From positions 1 to 41,969 of the forward strand of contig JBGSTX010000124.1 of the NCBI GenBank assembly GCA_041736305.1: a DNA stretch of 41,969 nucleotides, in the 5' to 3' direction. The DNA is from Oligoflexus sp. (lineage in GTDB: Bacteria > Bdellovibrionota_B > Oligoflexia > Oligoflexales > Oligoflexaceae). Positions 26,995-36,390 of the stretch are shown here, piece by piece (position 1 is the stretch's first letter; each line of letters begins with the position of its first letter). A model generated the notes under the pieces. That model was not told the origin of the DNA and searched no databases. It worked only from the letters and a program-made list of their open reading frames with translations. The position numbers and the translations under genes are program-made.

Positions 26995-29464
26995 GGCGAT
27001 CTTTATCCCTGCTGGTCGTCTTAAAAATGCGTTCGATGCTGCGGAGGGCATCCGCGGAGAGTAGGCGTTGCGAATTTTGAGCTAGTACGCCTACTCTTTC
27101 ATCAATGCGAAAGGACTTGTCGTCGACCGTGATCAATAAGCCTTTACGTTTAAGGAGCTGTATATGTTTTTGAATAAAAGTTTTTTCTACGATCTCAGGG
27201 TTATTGAGACCACTGAGAATTGCGAGCCTCTGCGCCATGCGATGACACTGCTGGAGAAACTCGTCGTTATCAACGAGACCGATTTGACTATGTTTAGCCA
27301 AAAGAACGGCGGTAATGATAAAGCGATCGAAAGTGAAACCTAGGGCCTGCGAGAGGATATCGAGAGCCACCGATTGATCTGACTGGCTCAAAGGCCGGTG
27401 GTAGAAGTCGTAACCGACCTTGCGCAAGAGCCCCAATTCAGCCATGGCATCGGCGTACTGTTGGACTACGTCTTCGATCTGTGACTCTTCCCAGCTTAGT
27501 GTCAATTCCTCACGAAGGATTCCATAGATTTCTGCGCAACCTCGTCGAAGGGAAAGCATATCAATCTGTTCGTGCTGCTGGAAAAAACGGGCTATCAGCG
27601 AAGGCAGAGCAAAGAGATGAATAACATTGTTGCGGTAATAGGATATCAACGCGCTGTCGATGTCATTGAGATAAACCACATCTCCAGCGGCATGATGAAA
27701 AGTTGAGAATATTCGAAGCTTTTCCACAGCAGCAAAAATCTCATCAGGATCCTCAACTACCACCTGAACATTAGGATGGTAGGGTAGTTTTTTATGCAGC
27801 AGGACCATCTGCTGAAGAAAAATAGCCAACTCATCTTTAGGCAGAGCTTTCTGCCAAGCTGAAAGAAGACCAACACCGACAAAGGAGACTGGATTGAGAA
27901 CCGCCGTCTGGTTCATGCGCCGTGCAATAAGGTGAGAAAGTTCGTGGACCTCTTGACTAAGCCAATCCGGACGCTCGTCATCGCTCTCTCGCCAGCCTGG
28001 TTGAGTGCTGTCGAGGAATTCTTCGAGAATAATGGGCTCGCCGTAGGAGACGTAGGCCTTGCCGTAATTAGCGCGCAAGAGTTTGCGTGCTTGAAGCAGC
28101 TGCAGCGCCGATTCTTTTTTCTTGGTCCCCCCGCTGAGCTCCTTGAGATAGCTCTTCACTTCCATGACCTTGTCATAACCCAAGTAGATGGGAACAATGG
28201 CGATGGGTCGAGTCGAGTTTCGCAAATAACTCTTCACCACCATGGAGAGCATACCGGTCTTCAAGGGCAGCAAACGGCCACTGCGACTTCGCCCGCCTTC
28301 GGGAAAGAAAGAAATCGGATAGCCATGAGTCAAGAGATAGTGAATGTACTCTTCGACAACGGCCGTATAGAGACGATTGCCTTGAAAAGAGCGTCGAATG
28401 AAAAAGGCTCCGCCGCGACGAATAAGCCAGCCCGCTGGAAAAAAATTCAGATTGATGCCGGCTGCCGTGTGAGGTGTGGGAAGCCCACTTTTATAGACGG
28501 TATAGTTAGCGAGCAGATAATCCAAATGGCTTCGATGCGTCGCGACATAGACGATTTCATAGTTTTGGGCAGCAAGCCGAGTCACGTTCTCAACATTGAT
28601 AATATCGACGCCTGAGAAAAGCTTGGTCCACAGCTTGCCTAGGAGGATCTCAAACATCCGCACCATGGAATAGGTTTGGTCAGCTGAAAGCTCGCGCACA
28701 TAGCTCCGGGCACGATTCTCAAGGGCCCTCATCACATCGACCTGACCCTTCGCTTCTTTTTCAATCTCGAGCCGCACCGGCCTGCCATTTGCCACGCGCG
28801 TGATGACCTGCTCCCGAACATAGAGCTTTTGGCCTAAGACTGTGTTGCGAACGCGGCGAAAGTGAATGCGGAGTATGCGCCGAATTTTGCGAGCAGCAAG
28901 ATCAGCGTCTTTCTCAGTGGCAAGGATATTGTCGACTTCGAAAGGTTTAGCGAAGTAAACGTTGTTGTTGCGTCCCTGGGCGAAAACTATGAAGAGCTTT
29001 TGGAGCCAGCCGGCGTCCTCTTCGTCGTTGAATATCAGTTTAAAAATTGAAGGCTCTTCGTTGCCAGGATCCTTGCCCCAAAAAGGTGAGACGGGAACGA
29101 TCAGCGCCTTCTGTCCGGTTTGTACCTGCACCTGCCGCACAAGATGCAAGAGAACTTGGCTGGGCCTGAGGCGACGAATGCGTTTAATGGGTCCGGTCTT
29201 TTCCAAAAAAAGACAGACCGCACGCCGCTTTCGATTGAAGTCGAGACCGAGATCGGGCTGAGGTAGTCCATGAACACGGCAATTCACAAGCAGTACCAGG
29301 TAGTCGATGATCGAGCGTTTCGGCAAGACATAGATCACAGGATCTTGGCCAAGTCCTAGATGCTCTTTTAAAGACTCCGGGTGCGCTTTGGTGTGAACCC
29401 ACAATAGGACGGGACGCAGCAGATAGGACAAAGCCAGATGTCCGAGACGTATCAGTGCTTTCAT
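26966..29464 (-). CDS. plsB: Glycerol-3-phosphate 1-O-acyltransferase PlsB
   Basis: HRSHLD (HxxxxD), AAGINLNF, GAFFIRRSF, FFPEGGRSRSGRLL; 832 aa. Confidence 0.93.
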   Translation of the reverse strand: MKALIRLGHLALSYLLRPVLLWVHTKAHPESLKEHLGLGQDPVIYVLPKRSIIDYLVLLVNCRVHGLPQPDLGLDFNRKRRAVCLFLEKTGPIKRIRRLRPSQVLLHLVRQVQVQTGQKALIVPVSPFWGKDPGNEEPSIFKLIFNDEEDAGWLQKLFIVFAQGRNNNVYFAKPFEVDNILATEKDADLAARKIRRILRIHFRRVRNTVLGQKLYVREQVITRVANGRPVRLEIEKEAKGQVDVMRALENRARSYVRELSADQTYSMVRMFEILLGKLWTKLFSGVDIINVENVTRLAAQNYEIVYVATHRSHLDYLLANYTVYKSGLPTPHTAAGINLNFFPAGWLIRRGGAFFIRRSFQGNRLYTAVVEEYIHYLLTHGYPISFFPEGGRSRSGRLLPLKTGMLSMVVKSYLRNSTRPIAIVPIYLGYDKVMEVKSYLKELSGGTKKKESALQLLQARKLLRANYGKAYVSYGEPIILEEFLDSTQPGWRESDDERPDWLSQEVHELSHLIARRMNQTAVLNPVSFVGVGLLSAWQKALPKDELAIFLQQMVLLHKKLPYHPNVQVVVEDPDEIFAAVEKLRIFSTFHHAAGDVVYLNDIDSALISYYRNNVIHLFALPSLIARFFQQHEQIDMLSLRRGCAEIYGILREELTLSWEESQIEDVVQQYADAMAELGLLRKVGYDFYHRPLSQSDQSVALDILSQALGFTFDRFIITAVLLAKHSQIGLVDNDEFLQQCHRMAQRLAILSGLNNPEIVEKTFIQKHIQLLKRKGLLITVDDKSFRIDERVGVLAQNSQRLLSADALRSIERIFKTTSRDKDRHGQVEISGG

Positions 29465-30318
29465 AGCTCGCCCAGCTCCAGATTATCAATCAGGCGCACC
29501 GAGCCGAGATAAGCAGCAACGAGAATCACAGCAGGCTTTTCTAGCTGATCGGGACTTTGTATTAAATCATCTCGGTAGCGAATCTCGGCGTACTCTAGCC
29601 TAAATCCCGCCGACTTCGCGAGCTCGCGCGTAAAGATTTCGAGCAGCTTGGCCTTTAGCTTTTCGCCTTTCTTATAGGCGACGTTCACAAGCTGCATAGC
29701 CCGGTATATTTGGATTGCCTCACTTCGCTCAGCGGAATTTAATCGAAGGTTGCGGCTACTCATAGCCAGACCGTCCTTCTCCCTTAGAGTGGCGATGCCT
29801 TCTATCGAGATATCGAAAAACAGATCAAGCACCATTTTCTTGATCAGTTGGTACTGTTGATAGTCTTTCTTGCCGAAGAGGGCGACGTGCGGCTGAACGA
29901 GATGGAAAAGCTTGGCGACAACAGTCAGCACACCCTGGAAGTGACCGGGGCGATAATGTCCGCAGAGTATCTCGGACATGCCTTCATTAAAAATATAGGT
30001 CTGATAGCCGGCTGGATACATGTCCGCGGCATTAGGGATGAATAAAGCATCAACCTTCGCCGCCTCCAATTTGGCGCTATCACCCTGCAGCATGCGGGGA
30101 TAGCTGGCGAAATCTTCCTTAGGCCCGAATTGCAGAGGATTGACGAATATACTCACGATGACGCGGTCGCAAAGTTCTTTAGCTCTCTTTACCAGGGCAA
30201 GGTGTCCGTCGTGAAGCGCTCCCATAGTCGGAACAAAAGCTATTTTTTGGCGCTCAGAGCGCCATTGTGAACAGGTTTTGCGGACCTCTTCGGGCGCGAT
30301 AATAGTCGTGATCGGCAC
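29461..30318 (-). CDS. panC: Pantoate--beta-alanine ligase
   Basis: FVPTMGALHDGH, SIFVNPLQF, RPGHFQGV, FGKKDYQQ, DGLAMSSRN, RLIDN. Confidence 0.97.
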   Translation of the reverse strand: MPITTIIAPEEVRKTCSQWRSERQKIAFVPTMGALHDGHLALVKRAKELCDRVIVSIFVNPLQFGPKEDFASYPRMLQGDSAKLEAAKVDALFIPNAADMYPAGYQTYIFNEGMSEILCGHYRPGHFQGVLTVVAKLFHLVQPHVALFGKKDYQQYQLIKKMVLDLFFDISIEGIATLREKDGLAMSSRNLRLNSAERSEAIQIYRAMQLVNVAYKKGEKLKAKLLEIFTRELAKSAGFRLEYAEIRYRDDLIQSPDQLEKPAVILVAAYLGSVRLIDNLELGEL

Positions 30319-30439
30319 GCGGTTCCTCTCAGCATAATGCCAAATGAAAGGGGCTCAAGAAAGTCTTGCTAGTATTACACTTTCTGAAAGAAGAGAGCAA
30401 ATGCTGGGGGAGGTGTGGAAGCGAGGGCTTAGCGGTCAG

Positions 30440-30590
30440 GAAAGATAGGTGGGGAGTCCTTTATAATCGCCATCTTGGCAATTCGGCTCTTCCTAAGCCT
30501 TGCACGTGGTTCGTCCGAACCTTTTCGGCTCCGTGGGGATCTTTATTCCAGATCCCTTCCTTGTCAATCCCATGAAGCAAGCTTCATACC
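30440..30590 (-). ncRNA. Candidate CsrB/RsmZ-like multi-GGA structured RNA (ends uncertain)
   Basis: 8 GGA motifs within 114 nt on the minus strand, three of them in hairpin loops; downstream of a sigma28-like motif; no credible ORF. Confidence 0.5.
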
Positions 30591-30591
30591 T
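30576..30591 (-). promoter_or_regulatory. Possible sigma54 promoter
   Basis: Minus strand AGGTATGAAGCTTGCT with GG-N10-GC and TTGCT; also forms a hairpin, so may be coincidental. Confidence 0.3.
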
Positions 30592-30594
30592 TAT

Positions 30595-30621
30595 CTTTCG
30601 GTAGGACTGGCCGGAACTTTA
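30595..30621 (-). promoter_or_regulatory. Putative sigma28 (FliA) promoter
   Basis: Minus strand TAAAGTTC-N11-ACCGAAAG versus consensus TAAAGTTT-N11-GCCGATAA. Confidence 0.55.
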
Positions 30622-30689
30622 GCGAGAAGTCTCTCGCCACAGAAGAACGGAGCCGAAAATAATTTGGCAGGACTTTAAAAATGGGATCT

Positions 30690-31664
30690 TTAGCGAAGAG
30701 CTTTCGGTGCTTCACGCTTCTTGGCAATCTCTACGTCTGAACCAGCAAAAGTAAAGCGCTTAGGCTCACCTTTTTTAACGTTAGCGCCGACGCGCTGTCC
30801 TTTGAAGTAAACTTCGACAGCTGCAGCGTTCTCCACATAGAGTTTGAGCTGCTCTTGGAATCCATAATGGTAGGTCTGTACCGTGAGTTTCTCAGTGCTC
30901 GGCTTTTCTTGATCCCGACCGACGGTGACTTCTACTGGCTCGAGGACTCGCATTTCTACGCTGAAAGTTCCCGCAGCATCTCGAATGGGAGGATTGCTCG
31001 CCACGGCAGCTCCTGCCACGACGCTGGTTGCTACGGTCTTTTCATTAACTTTTTCAGCAAGTTGTTGGACTGGACCCGTCGTAGGCGTATAGGTTTCTTC
31101 GACCTCTTGCACCGGTTCGGACCTTGGGATACTCGCTCGACTGTCCTGCTTCTCATTATAGGACCTGAGAAAGCTACTGCCGAGAACTAGGACGAGAAGG
31201 CCTGCGGCTATCAGAGCCAAGGGTTTGGTTTGCAAATAATGATGAGGGGCGAGCGATTTAAAGCGGCCTTTCCACTCATTGGGCTGAATTAACAAAACGC
31301 CCTTTTTCAGCTGCTGAAGCCGGCGCTCATCACGGCCGACCGCTAACTCTTCCGACGCTTTGCTCTGCACTATCAGACGTTCAAAACCCTCGAGGTATTC
31401 CGCGGGATTTTTACCATAGGCTTTGCATAGGTTGCGAATGAAACCACGGCCGAACATGGTTCCAGGCAAGAGGTTGATGCGTTCAGACTCCATCGCTTCG
31501 ATGAAGGGAGCTGAGATGCGCGTGGACATCGCCACACGCTCGATCGAAAAGCCAGCGGATTCACGGGCAGCCTTCATCATGGAGCCGAAAGTCTCACGCA
31601 CGACGGGAGTCGCACTCTGATCCTGCTGATTCGCTTCGTTCTGCTCGTTATCGGTCTTGATCAC
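30690..31664 (-). CDS. rodZ: RodZ-like HTH membrane protein
   Basis: FGSMMKAARE..TRIS..AMESE..LPGTMFGRGFIRNLCKAYG (HTH_25), one TM segment, C-terminal DUF4115-like region. Confidence 0.8.
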   Translation of the reverse strand: MIKTDNEQNEANQQDQSATPVVRETFGSMMKAARESAGFSIERVAMSTRISAPFIEAMESERINLLPGTMFGRGFIRNLCKAYGKNPAEYLEGFERLIVQSKASEELAVGRDERRLQQLKKGVLLIQPNEWKGRFKSLAPHHYLQTKPLALIAAGLLVLVLGSSFLRSYNEKQDSRASIPRSEPVQEVEETYTPTTGPVQQLAEKVNEKTVATSVVAGAAVASNPPIRDAAGTFSVEMRVLEPVEVTVGRDQEKPSTEKLTVQTYHYGFQEQLKLYVENAAAVEVYFKGQRVGANVKKGEPKRFTFAGSDVEIAKKREAPKALR

Positions 31665-31807
31665 GTCTTGCCCCCTTTGCTAAAGGCGGCGATGGAGCCG
31701 CCTTTGAGCCCCAGGCCTTCCCTCTACAAGTTAACCATATTAAGCTGGATTTAAGAACTAGATTCTAACGACGCAATCGAGTTCCCAGAAACCAAGGGAG
31801 GCTTCGC

Positions 31808-32671
31808 GTGAATCATCGCCCTCGTCGAATTATTGCTCTTTTCGTTAGTTTAACTTTAATGACAACTATGCCGGGTTGTCAAACTCTGAAGGATCGAGGT
31901 CAGGAACAAGAGAGGCAGGCAGAACTTCTCACGACGCAGAAAACTCTAGTTGTAAATTTCATTAATCAGGGCCAACCAAATATGGCTCTCAAGGAATTAC
32001 GTTCGCTCATCACCCAGCATCCGCAGGATGCCGACTTCAAGAACCTCATGGGCCTATGCTACTTATCTTTGCAAAATCCCAAAATGGCCCTAAAGTCTTT
32101 CGAAGACTCATACCGATTGGAGGCACGCGCCCCGGTTGCCTTGAATATCAGCTCCGCTTATATCGAGACGAAGCAGTACCCGCTAGCACTCAAGACTCTA
32201 CGCAATTTACTCGCTTCGCCTCTCGGCAAAAACTACCAGCATCCGGAGCGGATCCATCACAATATCGCCCTCGTAGCTGAGCGGATGAATAAGGCCAAGC
32301 TTGCGGAAAAGCACTACCAACTGGCTCTTCAGGAGAACCCGACCTACTACCTATCGCTTATGCGTCTCGGTCAGCTCTACGAACGGAGCAAGCGACCAAA
32401 TGAGGCTCAGCAGCAGTTCTATCGCGCTCGCGAAGCCTGCTTGAGGTGCTTCGATCCTATTTACGCTCTGGTTTCCCAGCAGCTGGGTCGTGGGCAGGGT
32501 CCATCGGCCGTCGCTCTTATCCAAGATTACCTCGGCAACAAAGAAGTCGAGGCAGCCGACCGCAACAAAGCCCGAAAGCTTCTTAGCCAAGCTCAGAGCA
32601 CTGGCGCTGGTAGTGTGCTGTCGATTGGCAAACGCCCGGCCGCCAAGGGCACTCCCTTACCTCTTCGCTGA
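31808..32671 (+). CDS. TPR lipoprotein, PilF/PilW/Tgl-like pilotin
   Basis: Lipobox MPGC, tandem TPRs, YQHPE..HNIA motif; adjacent to rodZ. Confidence 0.65.
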   Translation: MNHRPRRIIALFVSLTLMTTMPGCQTLKDRGQEQERQAELLTTQKTLVVNFINQGQPNMALKELRSLITQHPQDADFKNLMGLCYLSLQNPKMALKSFEDSYRLEARAPVALNISSAYIETKQYPLALKTLRNLLASPLGKNYQHPERIHHNIALVAERMNKAKLAEKHYQLALQENPTYYLSLMRLGQLYERSKRPNEAQQQFYRAREACLRCFDPIYALVSQQLGRGQGPSAVALIQDYLGNKEVEAADRNKARKLLSQAQSTGAGSVLSIGKRPAAKGTPLPLR

Positions 32672-32760
32672 GCAGCTCTGGGCATAAATGGATCTGTTCC
32701 ATTTCTGAGAAGCGATAGACAATAGGGAAGTACAGTCACGACCGAGAAAGGGCCACGCGC

Positions 32761-34068
32761 ATGAGTCGCTCAGGCATCTGTTTATTTCTAGCGTTCTTGT
32801 CTCTCGCATTGCCCTTGAAGGCTGCTACACCCGAAGATCCGAAGGATAATAGCGAAAATCGTTACAAATCCCTGGAAACTCTCGCACGCGGACTTTTCTA
32901 TCTTGAAAACCTCTACGTCGACCCCAGCAAGGTTAAGCCCGACGATCTCGTCTACAATGCACTCAAAGGCATCGTCTCGACTCTCGACCCCCACACGATG
33001 GTGATGCCGCGTCGTGCTTTTGATCAGTTGACTTCGGACACGCAGGGAAAATTCGGTGGCGTCGGCATTATCGTCTCGACTGAGCGCGGGAAGATGATCG
33101 TCGTATCGCCCATCGAAGACACTCCTGCGCATCGTGCCGGGATCAAGTCAGGTGACGAAGTTACGGCGATAGACGGCGTTCTTGTTGAGCAGATTAAGGG
33201 TACCGATGCCTCAGAAATGATGCGGGGCAAGCCAGACACTAAGATCACACTCACTATCAAACGCAAGGGCGAAGCCAAACCCATTCAGTTCACGATTGTC
33301 CGCGAGATCATCAAGGTCAAATCCGTCCGATCCGCCGATCTCGGAAACCGGATGATCTACACCAGGATCTCGAGCTTTCAAGACAACACTTCCGATGAGC
33401 TCAAAGACATCATCGAGAAAAACTCCAAAGACATCGGGGGTCTCATCCTGGATCTACGCGACAATCCCGGCGGTCTACTTGATCAGGCCGTGCAGGTTGC
33501 CGACCTTTTCATCGAATCAGGCGTTATCGTTTCTACGGTGGGCCGCACGGCTAAGGATGTTGAACGAGAATTCGCTCACAAAAAAGGCACTTTCAACAAC
33601 TTACCGTTGGTAGTACTGATCAATGGTGGCAGCGCCAGCGCTTCCGAAATCGTCGCCGGTGCCCTGCAAGATCATGAGCGCGCACTCATCTTGGGTACCA
33701 CCTCCTTCGGCAAAGGTTCCGTGCAAACCTTGGTCTCACTGCCCGACCATTCGGGCCTCAAGATCACAGTCGCACGTTACTACACACCCAAAGACCGCTC
33801 AATTCAGGCGAAAGGCATCGTACCTGATATGTATGTTGCTGCTGAAGCAGCTGTCGCCAAAATTGAAAACACTCGTAAAGAATCAGATTTGAAGGGACAT
33901 ATCGAAAGCGCCGACCTCTCAGAACTTGCTAAAAGTTCTGGAGTCCGCTCTGAAATCGAACAGTGGGATGAGCTCATGAAAGGTGACTATCAACTTGTGT
34001 CGGCCTATGCCTTCCTTCGCAGCATGCGATTTTTCGGAGGCAAGACTGCGCTGCCGACAAAGTCGTAA
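32761..34068 (+). CDS. ctpA: Carboxy-terminal processing protease (S41A)
   Basis: LDPH, FGGVGI PDZ domain, LDLRDNPGGLL, SASASEIVAGALQD, FGKGSVQ. Confidence 0.94.
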   Translation: MSRSGICLFLAFLSLALPLKAATPEDPKDNSENRYKSLETLARGLFYLENLYVDPSKVKPDDLVYNALKGIVSTLDPHTMVMPRRAFDQLTSDTQGKFGGVGIIVSTERGKMIVVSPIEDTPAHRAGIKSGDEVTAIDGVLVEQIKGTDASEMMRGKPDTKITLTIKRKGEAKPIQFTIVREIIKVKSVRSADLGNRMIYTRISSFQDNTSDELKDIIEKNSKDIGGLILDLRDNPGGLLDQAVQVADLFIESGVIVSTVGRTAKDVEREFAHKKGTFNNLPLVVLINGGSASASEIVAGALQDHERALILGTTSFGKGSVQTLVSLPDHSGLKITVARYYTPKDRSIQAKGIVPDMYVAAEAAVAKIENTRKESDLKGHIESADLSELAKSSGVRSEIEQWDELMKGDYQLVSAYAFLRSMRFFGGKTALPTKS

Positions 34069-34365
34069 TCATGCAGTATAACTGTCGTAGTTCTTAAAAG
34101 TGATGACGCGGTTGCCTTGAAAGCTGGTGGCAAGAAAACGCCGATGACGCGACATGCAAAAGCGCTGATAATTCAAGTAGGCTTTTTCATTGTCGAAGAC
34201 TTTGATGATTTTCTTGCACTCAGCACAAACCATCATCGGATTATTCTTTGCATGCAAATTTATAGTTCGTTTGCAGCATTCAAGCAATTGAGGGGCTTCC
34301 TCGGTGCCCTCCAGAGGTAGCTGACTAGGCTCGCAATTGAATTCGGTATTCTCAAAGATATTCAT
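34069..34365 (-). CDS. Small Cys-rich hypothetical protein
   Basis: 98 aa, AAGGAG RBS, CC..CxxC..C motifs. Confidence 0.75.
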   Translation of the reverse strand: MNIFENTEFNCEPSQLPLEGTEEAPQLLECCKRTINLHAKNNPMMVCAECKKIIKVFDNEKAYLNYQRFCMSRHRRFLATSFQGNRVITFKNYDSYTA

Positions 34366-34465
34366 GCTGCCAACTCCTTGATTAGGCTGTGTTTCCCGGG
34401 TTATTCATCTTACGCACTTTACTGATCGATGGCAAGTTATCCCCGTCTTTGACGCAGCTCAGAAC

Positions 34466-35131
34466 TTACTTTCCCAATCCCCGCGGTCCAAATATCTCTA
34501 GAAAATGCTGCAAGAAACGCTCTTCGACGTGGGCACGATTAATCGAGGTCTTCAGCAGAGTTTCCATCGAGCAGACGGACCTCTCACGGATGCCGCAGGG
34601 TACTATAGTCTGGAACAGATCGAGAGAGTTGCTAATATTGAGAGCTAGGCCGTGTAAGCTTACGCGCTCAGAAACTCGTACGCCTACGGCACAGATCTTA
34701 GCGAGGCCAACCCAAACGCCAGGATGTAGCTTATCACTATAGGCGTCTATCCCAAAGTCCTGCAAGGTGAGGATAACCGCCTCCAGAAGATTTTCGACGT
34801 ACGCTTTAGGTGCTAATCGCATGCGGCTGAGCGGCAGGATCGGATAGACGACGAGTTGCCCAGGCATATGAATTGTCGCTTCTCCGCCACGTTCACTATG
34901 GACCAACTCAATCCCTAAAGCTTCCAGTTCCTCGGGCGCTTTAAGCACAAAGGCAGGGTCACTGTGCTTGCCAAGGGTGATAACGGCTCTGTGTTCAAGC
35001 ATTATAAGGACTGCGTTTCGCTCTTCCTTTACAACGCGTCGATGCCAGTATTTCTGGATCTCCCAGCCTTCGAGGTAAGAGACCGTGCCTAGTGAAATCA
35101 GGTCGAGCGCTTCAGAATCTGCAACTGACAT
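34466..35131 (-). CDS. lipB: Lipoyl(octanoyl) transferase
   Basis: LEHRAVITLG, RGGEATIHMPGQLVVYPI, KICAVG, HGLALN, IVPCG. Confidence 0.95.
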   Translation of the reverse strand: MSVADSEALDLISLGTVSYLEGWEIQKYWHRRVVKEERNAVLIMLEHRAVITLGKHSDPAFVLKAPEELEALGIELVHSERGGEATIHMPGQLVVYPILPLSRMRLAPKAYVENLLEAVILTLQDFGIDAYSDKLHPGVWVGLAKICAVGVRVSERVSLHGLALNISNSLDLFQTIVPCGIRERSVCSMETLLKTSINRAHVEERFLQHFLEIFGPRGLGK

Positions 35132-35754
35132 AAGTACTCCAAAGCCTCGATTCGATACATAGCTTCGTCGGGATCCTTGCCCCAGGCGTAGACGCCGTGG
35201 CCCGCCAGTACCAAGATCTTCAGCTCCGTATTGAGTTCCGATCCTATTTCTCTGCCGAGCTTGAGCATATCTTGGGTGTTGGCTTTCACGGGTATCTCAA
35301 TCGCCGTATCGTGCGTCTTGAGTCCGAATACTTTGAGCATTTCATTATCACGGAGAGTCATCGGTTCTTCGAGGAGAGCTACGCTGTGCGGAGGATGCAC
35401 ATGGAGCACAGCGCGGGCGCTAGCATCGCGGCGGTATATCGCGCAGTGGAGGGCCGTTTCATCAGAGGGTTTGCGAAAAGAGGGCTTGATCGCCTCAGCG
35501 CTCACAAGATCGATTGGCAAAAAATCCCGCAGCGTCAAGGCTCCCTTGTGAAGTCCACTGGCGCTTACCCACACCGATCCACGCGGATCGCGAACCGAAA
35601 AGTTACCGCCGGTCCCAGGGTGCCAATGTCGTCCAAAACTAAGCTGAACCAGATCTAAAGTCCGTTTAAGGTAATGCAGAGTCAGCGGTGAAGGCACAGG
35701 AAAGGGTGCCTCACGCTCTCGTACATGTTCTATTCCTTGGCTGGGTTTGAGCAC
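35098..35754 (-). CDS. mtnB: Methylthioribulose-1-phosphate dehydratase
   Basis: WHPGTGGNFSVR, SGLHKG, KPSDETALH, LHVH, EMLK, NTQD, GHGVYAWG. Confidence 0.88.
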   Translation of the reverse strand: MLKPSQGIEHVREREAPFPVPSPLTLHYLKRTLDLVQLSFGRHWHPGTGGNFSVRDPRGSVWVSASGLHKGALTLRDFLPIDLVSAEAIKPSFRKPSDETALHCAIYRRDASARAVLHVHPPHSVALLEEPMTLRDNEMLKVFGLKTHDTAIEIPVKANTQDMLKLGREIGSELNTELKILVLAGHGVYAWGKDPDEAMYRIEALEYLCQLQILKRST

Positions 35755-35756
35755 TG

Positions 35757-36383
35757 CTACACTCCGAAGAGATGGGGATCACCGGCGCCGAGGCGAACCA
35801 CGACGGGCTCATCTTCAGTAAAGTCGATAACGGTTGAATCCAGTCCGGCTAATTCTTCACCCAGATCGAGTAAAAGGTCGAGGCCGTGACCAAACTCTTC
35901 AAAGATCTGATAGCCCATCTTGGGCTGCTCGCCACTGCTGAGAAGAGGGACTGAAGTCGTAGCAATCGGCTTACCCCAGCGAGTAACCAGATCGCGAACG
36001 AGAGGGCTCAGAGGTATGCGAACGCCGACTACAGGCCGCTTGTCTTTGATCTGACGGGGCAAGGATCGATGTCGCTTCAAGATGACCGTATAGGGACCTG
36101 GCCAGCACTTTTTAAGCACGCGGTACTGGTTATTGTCAATGTTCCCGACCGTAGCGGCCATAGAAATGTCGGCACATATGAGTGAAAAGGGCTGGTCTCT
36201 CGGGTGAGTCGGCTTAAGGCGGCGAATGCGCTCGAGGCCCTTGACGCTTCTGGCGTCGCAGCCAAGCGCCCAATTGACATCCATGGGATAACCCAAGACA
36301 CCATCGTTCTCAAGGATTTGACAAGCCTTGAGCATATGGCGCTCAGATGTCGGATTGATAAAGGTATAAAGGTGTTCACTCAT
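35757..36383 (-). CDS. Sua5/YrdC/YciO family protein (YciO-like)
   Basis: YPMDVNWALGC, PFSLIC, PGPYTVIL, VGVRIP, STVIDFT..RLGAGD. Confidence 0.88.
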   Translation of the reverse strand: MSEHLYTFINPTSERHMLKACQILENDGVLGYPMDVNWALGCDARSVKGLERIRRLKPTHPRDQPFSLICADISMAATVGNIDNNQYRVLKKCWPGPYTVILKRHRSLPRQIKDKRPVVGVRIPLSPLVRDLVTRWGKPIATTSVPLLSSGEQPKMGYQIFEEFGHGLDLLLDLGEELAGLDSTVIDFTEDEPVVVRLGAGDPHLFGV

Positions 36384-36390
36384 AGTTCGC

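Noticed and set aside
27932-28615. Long antisense ORFs such as 227 aa inside plsB and 216 aa inside the helicase
   Set aside because: Shadow ORFs opposite well-supported genes with no recognisable motifs
30320-30690. tmRNA, RNase P RNA, SRP RNA or pan RNA motif upstream of panC
   Set aside because: No tRNA-like ends, no GAGGAAAGUCC or ACAGAACCCGGCUUA, no SRP domain IV motif; the pan motif could not be confirmed by eye and needs an Rfam scan
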